From Phoronis australis (Eukaryota; Animalia; Phoronida), in NCBI GenBank assembly GCA_002633005.1, contig NMRA01000309.1, forward strand, positions 186,001 through 250,000: a DNA stretch of 64,000 nucleotides, read 5' to 3'. How positions within the stretch are numbered: position 1 is the stretch's first letter; every line of letters begins with the position of its first letter. The notes beneath the pieces were generated by a model. That model was not told the DNA's origin and did not search any database. It was given only the letters and a program-made list of their open reading frames with translations. This document shows positions 37,935 through 51,796 of the stretch, piece by piece. Position numbers and translations under genes: made by a program.

Positions 37935-38461
37935 TGTCTGTTTACATCTGAATATCCAGAGACCATCTACCATGCTTATCTGGCGCGTTTACAGTTGAAG
38001 AAACTTCAAAGTAATTCCACTACACCTGCACAGGTAGTGTGTTCGCTAATGCCGAGGTCACAAGAAGCCTTCGACACCGATCCGGCAGAGAAACGATCGT
38101 ATCCGCCAAATGTCGGGTGACTTCTAGAGATTATCAGGAGCGCAACGGTCACATTTGAAAGATACATAGGCGGGACAGATAAGACGTCGATGCATGTGCT
38201 TGTCATCGGCCGGACGTCGAGAGATGGCCGACGACCGACCGATAAGTCAGTCAGCTATCTGAATGTCATCAGGCGATTGCCGATACGGATAACTAGCAAA
38301 TAACATCGCTTCTTAATCTGCCGACGTCTTCCTAATGCGAACGCGGCATTGGTTCACCGCTACTACTGGTCCGATAAAAAATCGCCCGATCGTGGAAGGC
38401 ATCTTGATAGAACTCAGTCGGCGGGATCAGGTCGAGCATCATTCGATATGTAACCAAGGCA
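37935..38461. mobile_element. Degenerate CpG-rich MITE
   Basis: Weakly inverted ends (GTTTACATCTGAAT / ATTCGATATGTAACCAAGGC) and many internal TCGG/CCGA motifs. Confidence 0.35.
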
Positions 38462-39380
38462 TAAAGGACTGTATACCTGAAAAATTAGCAAATAAAACAC
38501 CTCTCGTTTGTTTGATCATTGTACAAAGCTTTCAGAACTCACAAGTGCTAAATGGCGATAATCTTGCTTGGTTTATTACAACAGTTGGTTGATGTTGTGG
38601 AAGTGACATCTCTAATGGTTTAAAGGGAAATCAAAAATGTTGTAAAGTCGACTGAATTGTCTCTTTTGAATAATAATTGTATTATCTTTTTTCTGTGTCT
38701 TAACGGTGTGCAAAGTTTTCGTAACACCTTAGTGACCTCGCATTTTGTTGATAATTTACGTCAAGTGTCATAGCAATTTATAAATATTTCTTCAAGATTG
38801 CGGAGTATGTGGAAATGTGTCATGTCGGATTATGGCCCAATGCCGGCAGGGTGGTCCATTGATTTAGATTTTTCTTTTTTTTTCATTAACGTGAAGAAGT
38901 GTGATTTCTTTTTGAGTTTGAAAATTTTAATACTTTAAAAGGTATTAAAATTGCAGTTGCCCCAAAGTATTCTATGATTCCTTCTTGAACAACATCTAAT
39001 AAGAACTGTTTATCTCATATTTTAGGAAACAACTCTGGTTTTAACTGAGGACGACTTTTTTTCAACGGAGACGTTTGCCGCTGGCTAACGACGACACCTA
39101 CTGTCAGTCTAACGGCGCTCATCCCCAAGTGATTAAACGCAGACAAGAAAAAAACACAAGCGGAATCTGTTCGGTCACATCACTCTCGTCGTCATGGTAA
39201 CTGTTGGCATCAATCACCTTATGTGAACCCACTCACTTTGGGATTAGTAACCCATCGGTAAAGTTCAGGTAGATTTCAGATTTTCCCACAGACAGCGCTG
39301 AAACGGATTGGGGAATAGTCGACAAAGTGAGCATCTGCATCCCTCACTGAGGATTATTTATACATGCGCAGTAATGTTCT

Positions 39381-39452
39381 CCAAATAAGATACGTCACTC
39401 ACAAGGGGATATTAACACTCGAGCGAAACAGGCAGGAGTCCACCAAGTCAGT
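39381..39452 (+). promoter_or_regulatory. Candidate core promoter of the giant-exon gene
   Basis: CArG-like CCAAATAAGA (39381), CRE-like TACGTCAC (39391), AT-rich GATATTAA (39408) and Inr-like TCAGT (39448), about 110 nt upstream of ATG 39562. Confidence 0.3.
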
Positions 39453-39561
39453 AAAAAAAACTTCGCGTTACTGTCTCGCAAACTTTTCTGAACAAGCATC
39501 TCAATTGAAAAGAACGGGACGAAGTTTGAAACTTTCGATGAGCTGATTTCGCCCTTCCATC

Positions 39562-39597
39562 ATGTCTCACCGACGCGACTACGGGAGCAGTAGCTAT
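39562..39597 (+). CDS. Putative first coding micro-exon of the giant protein gene (MSHRRDYGSSSY)
   Basis: ATCATGT start context with an upstream in-frame stop, donor TAT|GTGAGT, phase 0. The Ser/Tyr/Gly/Arg composition matches the next exons. Confidence 0.55.
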
Positions 39598-42445
39598 GTG
39601 AGTATCCCTTACAGTTTCTGTTCAATTGTAAGTATACGATTTCTAACTTGCATTGACATGGCAAGCTTCTGTCGAACTGAGAATTTCTCTCCAATACAGT
39701 CAAAGAATGTGAATCTGTTTCGCTCAGAGTAGTTATCCGCCTCGCTTATAATTTAGTGTTTCTTGCTCATTACTAGATAGCTGACCTATTCCAGTTGAAG
39801 TAGGCAGACGACCCACACTGACGGCCATCATTCAAGTGCTACTAGTCTGTTGATGCAGCATTTTAGGTCGCCTGTTGTATTTGTTTATATAATTAGTCAC
39901 TTGTATAAATGGCAGAGAAAACAATACATTAACTGGGAGTTTCAGGTCTTTTAAGTATCCGATGCCACCGTCCCAGCACTTACTGTTGACGCATTCACTC
40001 CGAGTGGAGGAATGTTTTCTCAAACGTGTGCTCCATATGCGAATCACCATTTCGCTTTCCGATTTTCTATAAATAGACAAGCCTCCAAATGCATAATATA
40101 ACTAGCTTCATATGTAATCGTAAGATCAAAATCCAAATGGAATCTGCCAGTAATCCGTTCGTCGCCGTGAAGTCCCATGTACTATTAAACACGTGTAATT
40201 ACTTAATAGGTTTGAAAGACAGAGTGTAATCCCTTATGTGAATTAGTCTTTTTTGACCCTTCGTTAGAGGTCGAGATTTAATATTATTACGCGCGTTCCG
40301 TCCAACTGAAATCAAAACATTCAAGCTGTTCACCATTTGATTTTGAGTTCGTACCTGTAATTTACGGAAATTCTCTTTGGTGCGTTGCTGGAATAGGTAA
40401 TAACCAGGACACTTGATCATATAGCAGGAACTGAATTTTTCAAATAGTTTTAAAATGAAGTTGGTGTTTGGGTACGCCACTATTGAGTCCTAAGCAAAAA
40501 TCGAAAACTAAAAATGTGTAACATAGAAATCAGGTAACCTCGGTTCTAGACAAGGCTGCATAACATTTAGCAAGGACCAATTTCTTTCAGCCTGTAGTTT
40601 TCATGAAAATTTAAAATTCCAGCCTCCGTCGTCGTGGGAGGCTCAATAAATCTGTAGACGAGGTTGTCACAACGCGTCGTAATCTGCCATAAAGTAGCCC
40701 AGGTTACTATGCGCATGTCAAGGCGTTCTGGCATCGTCGCCAGAAACACTGGCCTCACAGCTCCCTGAACATTACCGTTAATATGTTTATAAACTCATTT
40801 GACAATACAATGGGCCTGCTGACAGTTGGTGGTGGTTAACTTTAGGTTTGAACTTTAAAAAATCAACAGAGGCCAAATTTGATTTATTGACGATTGTTGT
40901 AAAGGTTAAGACTGGTTGCGTGTACATTTCTCTCTTTTCACAAAGGGATACAAAAATATTCCCGTTTCAATGAACATCATTTGACAAACCTGGGAATTTC
41001 ATTCCACCAGGACATCAGGCTTGAAACCAAAGTTGGCCAGGTGCCTGACCCACCGTCCTCATTCACTTTTGTAAGTATCTCCTAGCCCACCCCCCTCCCA
41101 CCACCTGGTCATGAGCTCTGATCCGCGTTAATAGCCACGGAGGCAAGGCAAAGAGAGTCTAATTTATAATTAAAATATCTTTGACAGAGGTAGGCTAACC
41201 TTGGTTTAAAGAAGTCTGCATACTAGTTTCGTTCAGTAAGAATTTCATTTTGCGTTTGTGCTCAGTACATGAATTGCTACTGCGTAGTTTGAAGACGCAA
41301 CTAGCTTTCTGATCTTTTTTTAACCTCCTCTTATAGTCCCTAATTGCAATGAACTTGAGCAAATTAACATAATCTATACACGTTATGTATCCGTTAGAAA
41401 ATTCTTTGAGTGCATGTTATCCTGCCATGAAAAGACATGGTTTTGATGAGACTTTCGTTTTTTAACTTGTTGTTTTCTTAAAGCCATGTGCTCTCATGGT
41501 AGCACAAAAAGTCACTAAGACATAAATCAAATTACCAGGAATTTCTTACTAAGTAAAACATGTATTAGGCAGTATGCCTTAAGCTCATTTCCCCCAATTT
41601 CTTGGAAATATGAGCAAAAAAGTAGATACAGTTACTTTTAAGTAGTTTACTATAAACAAAGGAGATACAATTACTGACACATAATCATCTCAACCTTCAT
41701 TTTAACAAATTCTTAAAAACCAAAAAATTCACACTAAATATATGTTTTGAGAAATGATGTAATTTTGAAAAAGCATAATTAAAGAGTGATACTTTCGGAC
41801 TAAGTTGGTTTTCGATAAACCTTCCTTCCTGAATTATCAATTAAAGTGAAACGGGAATTTTTTTTCAAATTACCAGATTTCAATTCTAAACATTAAAAAC
41901 CTAGGTCTAGCATCTATAAAAATAACGGCAGACACTGTCTCCTATTCAAGGATGAGATTTCAGAGAACGTTTTACAAACAATTTCTCTGCGGTTGTTGTA
42001 AGACGTTTTCATATTGACCCAGCATTCAGTAAAATGTAACACAAGCCACCTGGTCCTAGTGATTCTGTACAACAGCCTTGGTTTTTTTGCAGTTTCGTAT
42101 TAGTGAAGGATTTTATTTTGATTGATACAATTAGTTTAACAATATTTTTGTTTTATACAACCAGGCATGATAATTAGTCTTAGCAGACCCGACCGTTTAC
42201 ATGAACTTTGATTTTCGACCGCAAGGTCATTTGTTTAACTTTCTATGATATTTCCTGCTTTTATCATCTCCAGGGGCGTAACCATACACCGAAATAATGC
42301 CTACATATCGGCGCTGGGTCGTTGACTAGGCAATTCCAATGAAACTGGAGTCCTGATCAAGACACAAATTTCTCTAAAACAGTCTATGTATGCCATGGAG
42401 AGCGTAGCTGTTGGCAATAAGCCTATCCTTTCTATACCTAAATTC

Positions 42446-42552
42446 ATGGGCGGCGCACCGTAGGGGGCTGGGGGCTATAGCCCCCATTTTTTCAGAGCTG
42501 CGCCGCCCATGCTCTATGTGCGGTGCACCACAGGTGGGCTGGGGGGGGCTAT
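42446..42552. mobile_element. GC-rich MITE fragment (CATGGGCGGCGCACC family; related copy at about 9137-9210)
   Basis: CATGGGCGGCGC ... GCGCCGCCCATG inverted repeat; the same 5' end occurs at 9137. Confidence 0.6.
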
Positions 42553-43510
42553 ACGTAACAGTTGCTGTTGACATCTATCTCTCTCTTGATTCTCAGGACA
42601 GATCTGAGCAAAGTTCCAAAATAAACCATTCACAGATTCAGATGCCACTAAAATTAGTTTTTTAAATTTAAAATTGATCCACTTAAAACGATACCAAACA
42701 TCGCTTTGGTGATATTTCCCAAAATTGTTTTTTTTTATCTGTTTTTGCATATTAGATGCATTCTCTCTCGTGAAGGATGGCTCCAATATTCCCTCGGCGT
42801 ACCACAAAGTACGGTGGTAACTGTCGATTTCTTAACCGAAAGCTTTGCTCACTGTTGTCGATTTCACAAACTTTTACAAGAAGTTCTCAAATTTGCTCTC
42901 AACGTATGAGCGTTGATGAGGATTAGATATCATTGTTTTGTGGTTTTAGTAAAGGACCTATTAGGATATTTTTGATTAAATAAGACCGCTCCAGCAGATT
43001 TTATTGACTCAAAATTGGCCTAGCTGACAGCCCTTGAAGATGGCTTGTCACTAATGTACTTACCTAAATCCGACGCTGACCTTTTCAATAGGTAATCAGG
43101 AAAACATGTTATAGTTTTGCAGAACACTTTCTTGCTTGGCCGGTCAGCATGCTTGAGAAAGGCTAGGGGAAAACTGAAGTTAGAAACTCAAATGTTTTCA
43201 GCGACACAAACTGCTGCCTCCCTCCCTCCCTGCCTCCCTCCCTGCCTCCCTCCAACCCTCCCCCCTTTCTCTCTCTGTCTTTGCCTTTTTCGTGTCAGCT
43301 GGAAATTTGTTTCGATGGCTTTCACATCTAAGTCTATGGCCTATGCAATGCCAACATTAGGTCAGAATTTAATCCTGCTCTCTTGAACTTCGTGTCTCAT
43401 GCTTGTTTAAAATTTAAAGACTTTGACGTCTTTTATCTAAAATTCAACACTTCACAATGAGAATGATCTAACGTAGACATTTTTTTATGCTGTTAAACAC
43501 AAAACGGGGA

Positions 43511-43664
43511 CCGGGGTGTCATCTCTTGACTCGAAACTCTACTCCAAAATTGACGAATTGCTTTACACGCTTCGAGTAAACTTTCGTATTTGTACATGAA
43601 TCATGTCACGTGGTTTGGAGTCTGAACCTGAGTAAAATCGGATTTCGGGTATTCTGACACCCTG
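43511..43664. mobile_element. Small MITE
   Basis: CCGGGGTGTCA ... TGACACCCTGG inverted ends. Confidence 0.45.
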
Positions 43665-46220
43665 GCACCTGTAGTGGAGGCATGTATAAATCATCGTACC
43701 AGGTCACCATTTGGCAACCCCCCACATACCTAAAACATATGCACCAGGCAAACAACTTTAGATTTCGTCGCAAGATGGCATGTTACTTTTATGTTAGCCA
43801 TGTGTTCCCTGTTAATTCCTATATGTTGTTAATTCATGTTCTACCAGTGAACCCGCGTACTTCGGGATATTCACAAACTACGAGTTCATCACAGGTTTAA
43901 TGAGTGGCACTATTTTAGAGGGATTCTAAAGGTTTTTTATTAAGCTGAATCGTTTTTACTAAGACTGACATTGGCTTATACCAAAGATTTTATAGTTACC
44001 TAAGGGATATAGTATCTTTGCTTATACATTGAAACTATAATAACTAACTAACGAGTCTTGTATTTTGTGTTGGGGAGGAGCGTAGTTAGTAAAATTTCTC
44101 TTTTCTTCAATCCACGTTATACAGATATCAATTTACATAGATTGGAGTACGGAAAGAGAAGGTTTTGTTTGTTTATTTTTCGAAAACTGGTGATATTCCG
44201 GGAATGGGAAGACGAATCGAAACCGTGATTAAATAGTTTTCAAGTGAGGTGGTACTCAGCCGTCAAGATTTGCGGTCACCGCGTATTTAGATTGGCCAGT
44301 CTGACGCACAGTTTTCCACGTAAAAAGCTCGCATTTTTGTGAAACAGGCCTCTGCGTTGGCTGAAATTTACACTTCTGCCTTTACGTAGATGTTTTCTGT
44401 CACTCGCAAAGGTGTTTTACCAACTTACGTTCATCTCTATTACCTCCCGTGTCTATATAAACGTTCCTATCCTCTACTCTTGGAACATAAATTCCTAATA
44501 ACCAATGCTCCAGAGAGTGCGCGTAAACAGAGTCTGTGCTGAACTATTTTGGGAAATTGTTCACAGTCACGAGTGTTGTAGCATAAAGTGAGGTCCGGTG
44601 TTTGTATACGCGGTATTTTGTAAGCATAGGTGCAAACAATTTTGCTGCGGCATAGGTGGTAGCCGAGAGGACGTTTTCTCTATCTTTTATAAATTAAACC
44701 TAGATGAAGTTTCCCGAGAGAGATTTATTACCAGGACCCTGAACGTTTCCTCTAATCACCACATGAATGACGTTCTGCAGTTTTAAATAAAGACCGCTTT
44801 TCACCGCTCGAAGTGTTTCCTCCGTTAGCAGTGCGTAAACATTCGCTTGACCGTTCTAGGTAACGGCCCTCTCACACCAAGGCAGTAGTCTCCATGTTCT
44901 CTAGGAATTTTGACACAACGGGTTAAAACTGAGTAGCAAAAGGATCCCCTTTCGCAAGGATTTCAGGGCGGGCTCGGATATTCCGAGAATACCGAGTTTT
45001 GTGTGCGTATCGCTTCAGCGCGTGTCTGGAATACAACAATCCCATAATAAAACAAGTGCTGTCATACAGTAGTTTTCGATTGGGTTATTGAGATTGTTTT
45101 AGCTTGCAACGTAGCTTACAAACGAAAGCTATATTTGGATGTTAGGTGATCCGAAAGCGATTGCACCCATTGTATGCTCCAAGGAATTGAATAGGATTAG
45201 GAATGACCAGATCCTTGGCCAGGTAATAATTTGCGAAGTGCTTAGTAATTTACAGCGCTATGTAAAGCTGGGCTATTATTGTTTTAAAATTTGGCATTTT
45301 GATTTTATTTGACTTAGTCCAAAACACCAAAATGACGTCCTGCTTAACAAGCGAATAGTTTGTACATCTCAATGTTGGCCTCCATCCTGCGCGTGATCCC
45401 TATAGGCTTAGGCTAGCCTGTGACCAGTTTATTAAAGGTGCAAGAACGTCCAAGACTCAATGCAGTAGCAGGCTACACTAGAACATGAAAAATATCATTT
45501 TGTCAACGAGTCCGTTTGTAGGTCGAGTGGGGCTGCATGGCCTTTTGGTCTTCATAGTGTTAGCGACCGTATATACACTTAACGAATGTGTTGCTGCATG
45601 AAATCACGGTTGTTTACGACTGTTCATCGTAACTCGTCATTCACACTGGTAGAATTTTTAGAGACACGATTCTTGCGAACAATCAAAAAATATATCTCAC
45701 CTGTTTCAATCAATACAGTAATATTATTAGTTCGGAGTTATAATTAGAATAGCGTTTACACGTGAGCTAGGCATGCGACAACACTCAAGATTATAACCAC
45801 AATGCAACCATTTTATTACGACGTCAGTTCCCCGGCTTTCTATTTTATTTTTAACTCTTAATTTTCAATAGGAGATGGTGGACGATTGGTTAACTAACTG
45901 CATTTTAAGAGTTACGGGCCAATTTCTAGATAAACACCGATTAAAGTAAGCAATACCACATTTTGAAATACGTTTTTCTATGTTGCAGTATAGAAACTTG
46001 ACGCGTCGCTGTCTTAGCAACGGGGTGACCATGTCGACGTTGTGGAACCCGTTGGAACGTTACGAAATCTCCGACCTTATTTCTTTTCTCTAAAAACATA
46101 CCCTCCACTTGCTTGTATTTCTAATGGCAATGATGGTGGACCATTGGGTCGCTATTGTGAATTTATGTGTCTCATCTGCTACCACACTATTCTTCTAAAA
46201 CCGCAAAAGTTGACCAGGTC

Positions 46221-46460
46221 CAGTGGCGGACCATTTGGCAGTTCGGGGAAGGAATATGCGCGCACCCAGGGGGCTCGGGAGGAGAATGCACAGTGCATAG
46301 GCCTTGAACAAACCCTTTTGTTTAGTAATAAGGTCCACAAACCCAAAATTTCGAGACCCCCTACATCCCTACATTTTAGGCTGGGCGCGCGCATGAGGCG
46401 AAATTCTGGTTATTCCTGTGCCCTGCCCCTCCCCAACTCAAAATCCTGGATTCGCCCCTG
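46221..46460. mobile_element. hAT-like MITE with 5-bp TSD (AGGTC)
   Basis: AGGTC|CAGTGGCGGA...GGATTCGCCCCTG|AGGTC. Confidence 0.8.
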
Positions 46461-46462
46461 AG

Positions 46463-46582
46463 GTCGAGCATCACGCCGATGTAGCCAATCACCAAGTCGA
46501 CTTGGACGAGCACTACGTTGACGTGGTAGGGCATCGAATCGACGTGGTAGAGGACCTCTTCGACGAGGTCAACCATCATGTT
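46463..46582. repeat. Degenerate 21-bp tandem repeat (GTCGACGTGGTCGAGCATCAC-like, about 6 copies)
   Basis: GAC/GAT plus (G/T)TGG recurs every 21 nt. Confidence 0.6.
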
Positions 46583-48240
46583 CCTGCTGTCCTTTTCAAC
46601 TGCCATGCACGTTTCCCGGTCGAATTCTGCAGCGAAATTGACATTTGAAAATATAAACTGTTTTTAACATATTCACTAAATGATTAGTGGCTTTGTTCAC
46701 AATGCCTCCTTAAATCGTTTGCACTGGGGTGAACAATCTCTCAAATTCTCTCGGCGTTTTCTTAATTACCAGAAATCTTCGCGCTAACCAGCTGGTTTAA
46801 TTAGATTGCAGAGAGAATGGTCTCGATTTTCGCGGCCTGTCCCAGCTTACGTAATGATTGCGGTAAAATATTTCTGCAAGCAAGTGCAGTTCGACGTCTG
46901 GTTCAGCTGGTATACACGAAGCAACCCAATGAGTTCCAAGTGGTTATTTTGGAAAAGGCCCTTGAAACGTCTGTATTTGAGATAAAAAGAACTAATCATA
47001 CTCAAGGGTAACAAGTAAACGAGATTTAGAGAGGCGCTTAGACCGCATGTTGAGTCATTTTGGTTAAGAAAATAAATATTTCTATAAAGCTTTGATGATC
47101 CCATAGTTGAAGACCAACCATCAAGCTGGAGTATGCAATAAATAAAAAGCAGATGCTGAACTTTCGTGTGTTTGCTAATGGTCCCGCTTTCATTTTTAAA
47201 CCTGGTTGTGCGCCGATCATTTGATCCGATATTTTCGCATGCTTTCTTCAGTCCAGTTAATTATAAAAGAAGGTGCTTATTATTTTGTCGTTCGTGGAGT
47301 AGGAACTGTTGTCACACACCACTCGAACTCTTCAATATATTACATACTAAAACATCAGAACAGATAAAGAGGTCTTGGTTCATTTTCCGAAAATCCTCCT
47401 TATTGCTAGGTACAACGGTTCTTCTGTTTTGGTGTGACATGATCGTTCACGTGATGTTCCTTAAAGGTGTAGTCGTTTGTTCTTTATTTTAGACAAATGG
47501 TCGGCAAACTTGTTTTAATGACTATTTGTTTCAACCATTCAGGAAAGACTTCTTTTTGATAAAATAAACAACAACATTAACCAAACTATATGTTGAAACA
47601 TCAAATACGCCCTCGGCATAATTTCGTTACCTTCTAGTTCCGAAGACACTTCACTGTACAGGCATTTTACCCATGAAAACACAGACACGAGTCTTTAATT
47701 AGCAAGCATTGAGTTGGTTGGACTCAAAACTCGGTAATATTCTTACATGGTCAACTGCAATTGGAGATGCTTTTTTAAATCTAACACCGTGCCAGATAGT
47801 CCAGATGGCGAAGAAATCAAAACAAGACGTGGTCTAGCGATGAATGGGTGCCGGCATTTAATACGTCAAAGCAACACCCTTGTTCCAAACAGATTTGTCA
47901 TATTTAAACGACAATGTGTTTTAGAATAAAGTGAGCGGAACAGTTTCAATTAACTATCAGGGTTGTTGACATTAAAGATGTCGATTTCTTGAAAGATGAT
48001 TTGATTTAGGCGATTAAATAGGACGCATGAGTTTCGTAGCTTTTGTGGATGCAAAAACAGTCAATTATACAAGTGGTCATTCGAGTCAAAAAAGTCTCAC
48101 GTGCGTTATTCAAAACAAAGTGCTTAATGGACTCTAATGTGTGGTGTCCTGTCGTGCATTCAACTTACGGTGAGCGCCCTTCACCTGTGGCTAACCACCT
48201 ATGACCAAGGAATTAAATGGTGCGGTAATCTCACGAGTGA

Positions 48241-48345
48241 GGAGGCAGTGTGGTCTAGTGTGATGGTGCCCGCCTTCTTTACTCGAGGTCGTGGGTTCGG
48301 GTCCCACTGGGCCACACTGCTAGACCCTTGAATCAGGTCTCTAGC
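48241..48345 (+). mobile_element. tRNA-derived SINE fragment
   Basis: GGAGGCAGTGTGGTCTAGTG (A-box) ... GGTTCGGGTCCC (B-box), then a CCCTTGA..AGG core-like segment. Confidence 0.55.
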
Positions 48346-50786
48346 TCCTCAGCTCGGTTTTAACTACATATTAATAAAGCACAAAGATATTTCAAGGTGA
48401 TAAGTGCAATGGGCCCGCATGCGCGGCCTGCGCACGTCAGGTACAACGTGCACCACACCGCCTGCAATTATTTTTTTATATATTTTATAATCTCACGAGT
48501 AGCGTGGTCACGTGCGTCGCTTGCAATGCACGGCAATGTGTCTCGCGGAGTCTTGTGGGGCCTTGCGTTTTCGCTAGGTTCTCACATCTACGAAACGACG
48601 CCTTGGGAATCTGTACTATCAGCCCAAATCCCTTTTTTACCCCTGTCAACCAAGTTTATTTTTTGCGTTTGTTTGTTTGTCTCTTTGTCTTACATTTAAT
48701 AATATCATGACCACATTTCCACAGCTTTCAAATCTTGAAAGGTATTCCAAGTTCGCGAGCACTAAAGATGATTCATCTTCAGTTCATTTTATCTTAGTCA
48801 AAAAAATAAGATTTGGTAATATTCGGACATTACGCATCTAATGGATTTTAGAATCATGCACGTTTGTCTTTAATCGCTCATCAAATGCTCCCCTGTGACG
48901 TAACGGGTTGGAATGCCAGCCAAGATACTTTTTTATACTTAAACTGGCCGAGGCACTCATGATTTATAAAAATAACTCTAGTTTCGTTATCATGACGCTT
49001 CAAAGGGAAAACAGTGCAAGACATAATTACAAACGTACTGAGTTGCATAATGAAAAACAATGCTTTGACACAAGTTTACACATTATAATCAACCAACAAT
49101 GAAAGTTGATTTGTTTCCAACCCGTAGACATTAATCGACTGTTAAAACGCTTGATGAAACAAACGCGTCCCTAATTCAACTCGTTTTCCTTGAGGTCAAG
49201 TTTGTCTCATTGGTTGACTGGATATGAGATTTGTTTTCGACGTCAAGACTGTTTCTTTACATCATTTTCGCCCATCGGTATAGGATGTACACAAGATAAT
49301 TAGCACCCTATAAACCCTCCCCGATACCCAGCTGGTTTCTCGTTTACGGGGATACACAGACAGTCAATAACTGGCATCCCGATGGAGTCAGCGAGGTAAT
49401 TGGATGCTGCAAGCAAAGACTGCAGTTGAAATACCATGACGTTGATTTTGCTGCGATGGTCCTGTTTTCTTGATGTTCACAATTCCTATACACAATGTTA
49501 GTTTTTAGCAATAACGCGCAGGAAATCTGTAGACTTCTCGAAATACCAAAACGCATTATTTTATTTTTCAGCTGTACATTCCTGTCGTTATCTTCAAAAT
49601 CATAAAGATAGTTTGTAAACGTATTCTCATGTTATGAATACAGTTGCATTATGAGAACCGTAAAATGGGTTAATGATTTGCTGCACAAAGCACGTGATAT
49701 CAATGTCATGAGGTCAAAAACAACAAGTCATGAATTGTACATCCACCACTGAAACAGGCAGTTCTCAGAATGCACTTGGTGGAGTCTGGACTCACTGTAT
49801 AGAATGCCAAGAATGCTAATTCTACCTCAAACTAATCAATCAGTTTCAAAAAACTGTTCAGGATTTTTGGGAGTTGGAAACTATAAATACATTGTATTTC
49901 ACCCAACATTTCATTGATACTATTTTGTTTTCTTGTGGAACAAGTGAGCTGATACGTCGTCGACTTAAATTAAAGCTGGAAAGCAAATTTCGTGTAGTCA
50001 TAATTATTGAATGACTATTGGCGCGATACTAGTCACAGAATGGTTTCAATTGTAGAGTGAATGGACAGTGACTAAAAGAATCTCTGGGATATTAATTTAA
50101 AAGGCCATTCGCCGACTTGTTAGAAATGGACATGTTTCCAAGATAATTCCTTCCATGGAATGTAAAATAGTTGACCAATATGCTCAAAGGCAAATCTTCC
50201 AATTCCTCTAATATTTACAGTGTGCACCCACTTATACATTGCCTGGTTATCAGTAAACGAGAATATCTAAAAAATGAGTACAATCTATATCTCTAGAATA
50301 GGAAAATAAAAAAGCATTCGCGTAAATACTCTTGCTTGTGGCGGATTTACGTTTTCATGGGCGGGGTGACATATTCGTCGTGGGTACCCTCCGACCATGA
50401 GCAAACATAAATAAACGCCGAAGGCATGCCTACATAAAACAACAGAAACGAAGTGTTTTGGCCACAGAAGGTATTTATTGAAGAGCGCGGTTAAACCCCT
50501 TGACTCTACCTTGCTCACATCTGTAAGGGTTTATTTCTCCCACCTGAAATTGACTTCATTGATCGATTGAGGATTTAATCTCCGAGCTTAAGACTAAAGT
50601 TGCGTCCACATGAGTTCGACCACTGATCGTTTTACTGCCTTGAAGTTTGTTGTGACACTCTTTATATCATCTCATTAGACTACTTGAAATGAAGCTTATT
50701 TTTCATAAACTGCCATTTTTGGGGCTTTTTAGAATAATCTAATATCTATATGATTAGATTTTCATGTATCGCTGTGTTACTAGGTC

Positions 50787-50787
<1 letters not shown>

Positions 50788-50818
<31 letters not shown>

Positions 50819-50836
50819 TAATAATAATAATAATAA
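50788..50836. repeat. (AAT)n microsatellite
   Basis: Direct observation. Confidence 0.95.
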
Positions 50837-51796
50837 ACTTTATTTAAAGAGGATAAAAATACAATAAATGTAAAACATGCTTTAGCCAAAGGCTAATATC
50901 CAGCATGGTCCTCCAACAAATAGAGTATAAAACAACTTACGATTTACTGTTTCTTGTAGCTAATTATATGCATTTGGAGGCTATTTATAAGTAAGTTTGA
51001 TCAACGATACGTCACACAGAAAGTGTCCAATCGACGGGTCGGAATAAGTACTGTCTGGAGAAAAATTTCAAAGTCAATTTAGTTCAACTTCAAAGTTTTG
51101 TTATTCTAACTATCAAATGAAAATGCTTTTCGTTGTCCATGTAGAAATGCAAGTTGAAACAAGAAGGTTTTTTTTACCAATTTTAAGATTTGGTTAGCTT
51201 CCAATAAATTTCTCGTTTTGAATTATCAGCGGTATTCCAGTATGCAAGAACCTTCATGGCATCAGAGTATGCGTCTTCCCGTTTTACGCCTAGTTAGTCA
51301 CGCCACCTCAATAGCTTAATCCTTATGTTCAGGTTAGTTTAGTTTATTTTTTGTTGCGTAACATAGCATAACCTCAGGCTGATGTAAATCAAGTATTTTA
51401 CGTATTATAACTTTTATCCAACTGTGCACTATTAACATGATATTTTATTTCAGTGCTTTGCTTTCCATTGTCAAAACAACGTTCTAGAAACATTCAGACA
51501 CGTCAAGATCTGCTCACTCAGTTTTAAAGACCGCAAATTTGAAGCACAACATTTGATTTAGTTGTCCCGTCCCATTTCGTCTTCGAATCCTGCAAACCCA
51601 GTCAGTGGAAGGGGTTTTCAGTGCCATCTCTCTCCCAGTCTTTGGTCTTGTGGGTACCTTTACGTGCTAAATAATAATAACACGATCGCGCGTAACAAAC
51701 CCTACAACTTGGTTTTGTTTTTGCTGAAATTACAAGTACCTGGTTATCTTGAGACAGGACTGAGCGCAAAATATTGCACCGTACTGCCGCGCCTTT

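Noticed and set aside
37653-38120. 155-aa ORF
   Set aside because: It has a non-ATG start and no motif, and it runs into a degenerate MITE.
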